Position numbers and translations under genes: made by a program. Shown in pieces: positions 63,264 through 64,000 of a stretch of 64,000 nt of DNA; the stretch's first letter is position 1, and the number at the start of each line of letters is the position of its first letter. This stretch comes from Hormiphora californensis. Taxonomy: Eukaryota; Animalia; Ctenophora. The DNA lies in NCBI GenBank assembly GCA_020137815.1, contig CM035350.1, forward strand, positions 3,596,001 through 3,660,000, in the 5' to 3' direction. The notes under the pieces were generated by a model. That model was not told where the DNA came from. It worked only from the letters and a program-made list of their open reading frames with translations, and did not search any database.

Positions 63264-64000
63264 CTACTTCAGACACTCTCCCATGATTTCAATAAACCTC
63301 TGATACTCGATCATGTCGTCCTCCGTCCCACATCCTGTCTGTTCAGCCCAGAGGTGCACCAAATTGCCCCTATTTCCACATCGTTCTGCGTAGTTCATTG
63401 CTGCCGTGCAGGCTGTTGTCATGCTCACTCCCAGTCCCTCGAAGAAATCAGACCTCATGTAGTCAGCCACGCAAGCAGCTCTGTACGGTTCAGGATTGAT
63501 GGATGTCTCATATGTTTTCCAGTCCTCGGCACAGCTAGCAAGTTGTTCGGTTGAGAACATATCGTCACAGAATTGTTCTGCATCCGGTCTCTTGTTCCCG
63601 AACTCTCGCTCCCAATCCCAGAACTTAGTTTTATCACACTTCCCGTACCTGTCCACCTCCCAGGTATCTCCAAATTCCAGGGCGGTCTCCATTTGGATTT
63701 CAGTTTTCCGGGCAAGCATGTCATCGGAGGGATCGCCGTTCATGTTGCCACACAAGCCACAAGTCTTGCTGCCAAACGTGTACTCATCAATGAGAAGCTG
63801 AGTACTCATCAGTCCATCAAACCTGACGGCGTTGATGTGGTTCTTCGCGTCCTTCCAGGTAACCTCCATCCACCCCTCATCGAGTCGTACCCAAACCTCA
63901 CTTCCCTTCCTCCCAACAAACTTCTCCTTGATTCCATCCTGCCTGTACTCAGTCCTTGCCCCGTCCATATTGAGCACCCTGCCCCGCTGCATTTCTATCA
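63264..64000 (-). CDS. 3' part of a VWD + C8 domain extracellular protein
   Basis: TCGLCGNMNGDPSDD, FGDTWEV, INPEPYRAACVADY, YAERC. Continues beyond the window. Confidence 0.85.
   Translation of the reverse strand, partial: IEMQRGRVLNMDGARTEYRQDGIKEKFVGRKGSEVWVRLDEGWMEVTWKDAKNHINAVRFDGLMSTQLLIDEYTFGSKTCGLCGNMNGDPSDDMLARKTEIQMETALEFGDTWEVDRYGKCDKTKFWDWEREFGNKRPDAEQFCDDMFSTEQLASCAEDWKTYETSINPEPYRAACVADYMRSDFFEGLGVSMTTACTAAMNYAERCGNRGNLVHLWAEQTGCGTEDDMIEYQRFIEIMGECLK

Overview
Compact, intron-containing animal genomic DNA, most likely a ctenophore (Pleurobrachia/Hormiphora-like). This is inferred from short GT-AG introns, long (CT/AG)n tracts, a recalled Pleurobrachia-type hairpin repeat and the secreted repeat-domain protein at 1.3-2.2 kb; it is not proven. 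Genes sit in same-strand trains pointing away from two divergent switch points. From ~26.5 kb, COQ9 > serpin > GPR107/108-like 7TM > secreted protein run on the - strand and SNRPD1 > GPATCH1 > MTFR1 on the + strand. From ~47.8 kb, an NME8-like thioredoxin-NDK gene runs on - and MPPED-like a > MPPED-like b > RABGEF1-like > NDUFA7 > DEAD-box helicase > BROX on +. A convergent VWD/C8 gene enters at the right edge. Most stop-to-start spacers are 150-500 bp, and nearly every ATG is preceded by an apparently unpaired splice acceptor, which suggests SL-trans-spliced operons. Other highlights: a serpin with two alternative reactive-centre-loop terminal exons (one R-X-X-R furin-type) and ER-retrieval-like tails; two antisense nested genes; minisatellites built from tandemly amplified splice sites; a full-length L2/CR1-type LINE; and many MITEs. 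Four stretches (~5.9-10.6, 23.9-29.9, 30.9-32.6 and 57.7-59.15 kb) show homopolymer-inflated, low-quality consensus, so frameshifts there are treated as errors. All exon coordinates were read by eye.
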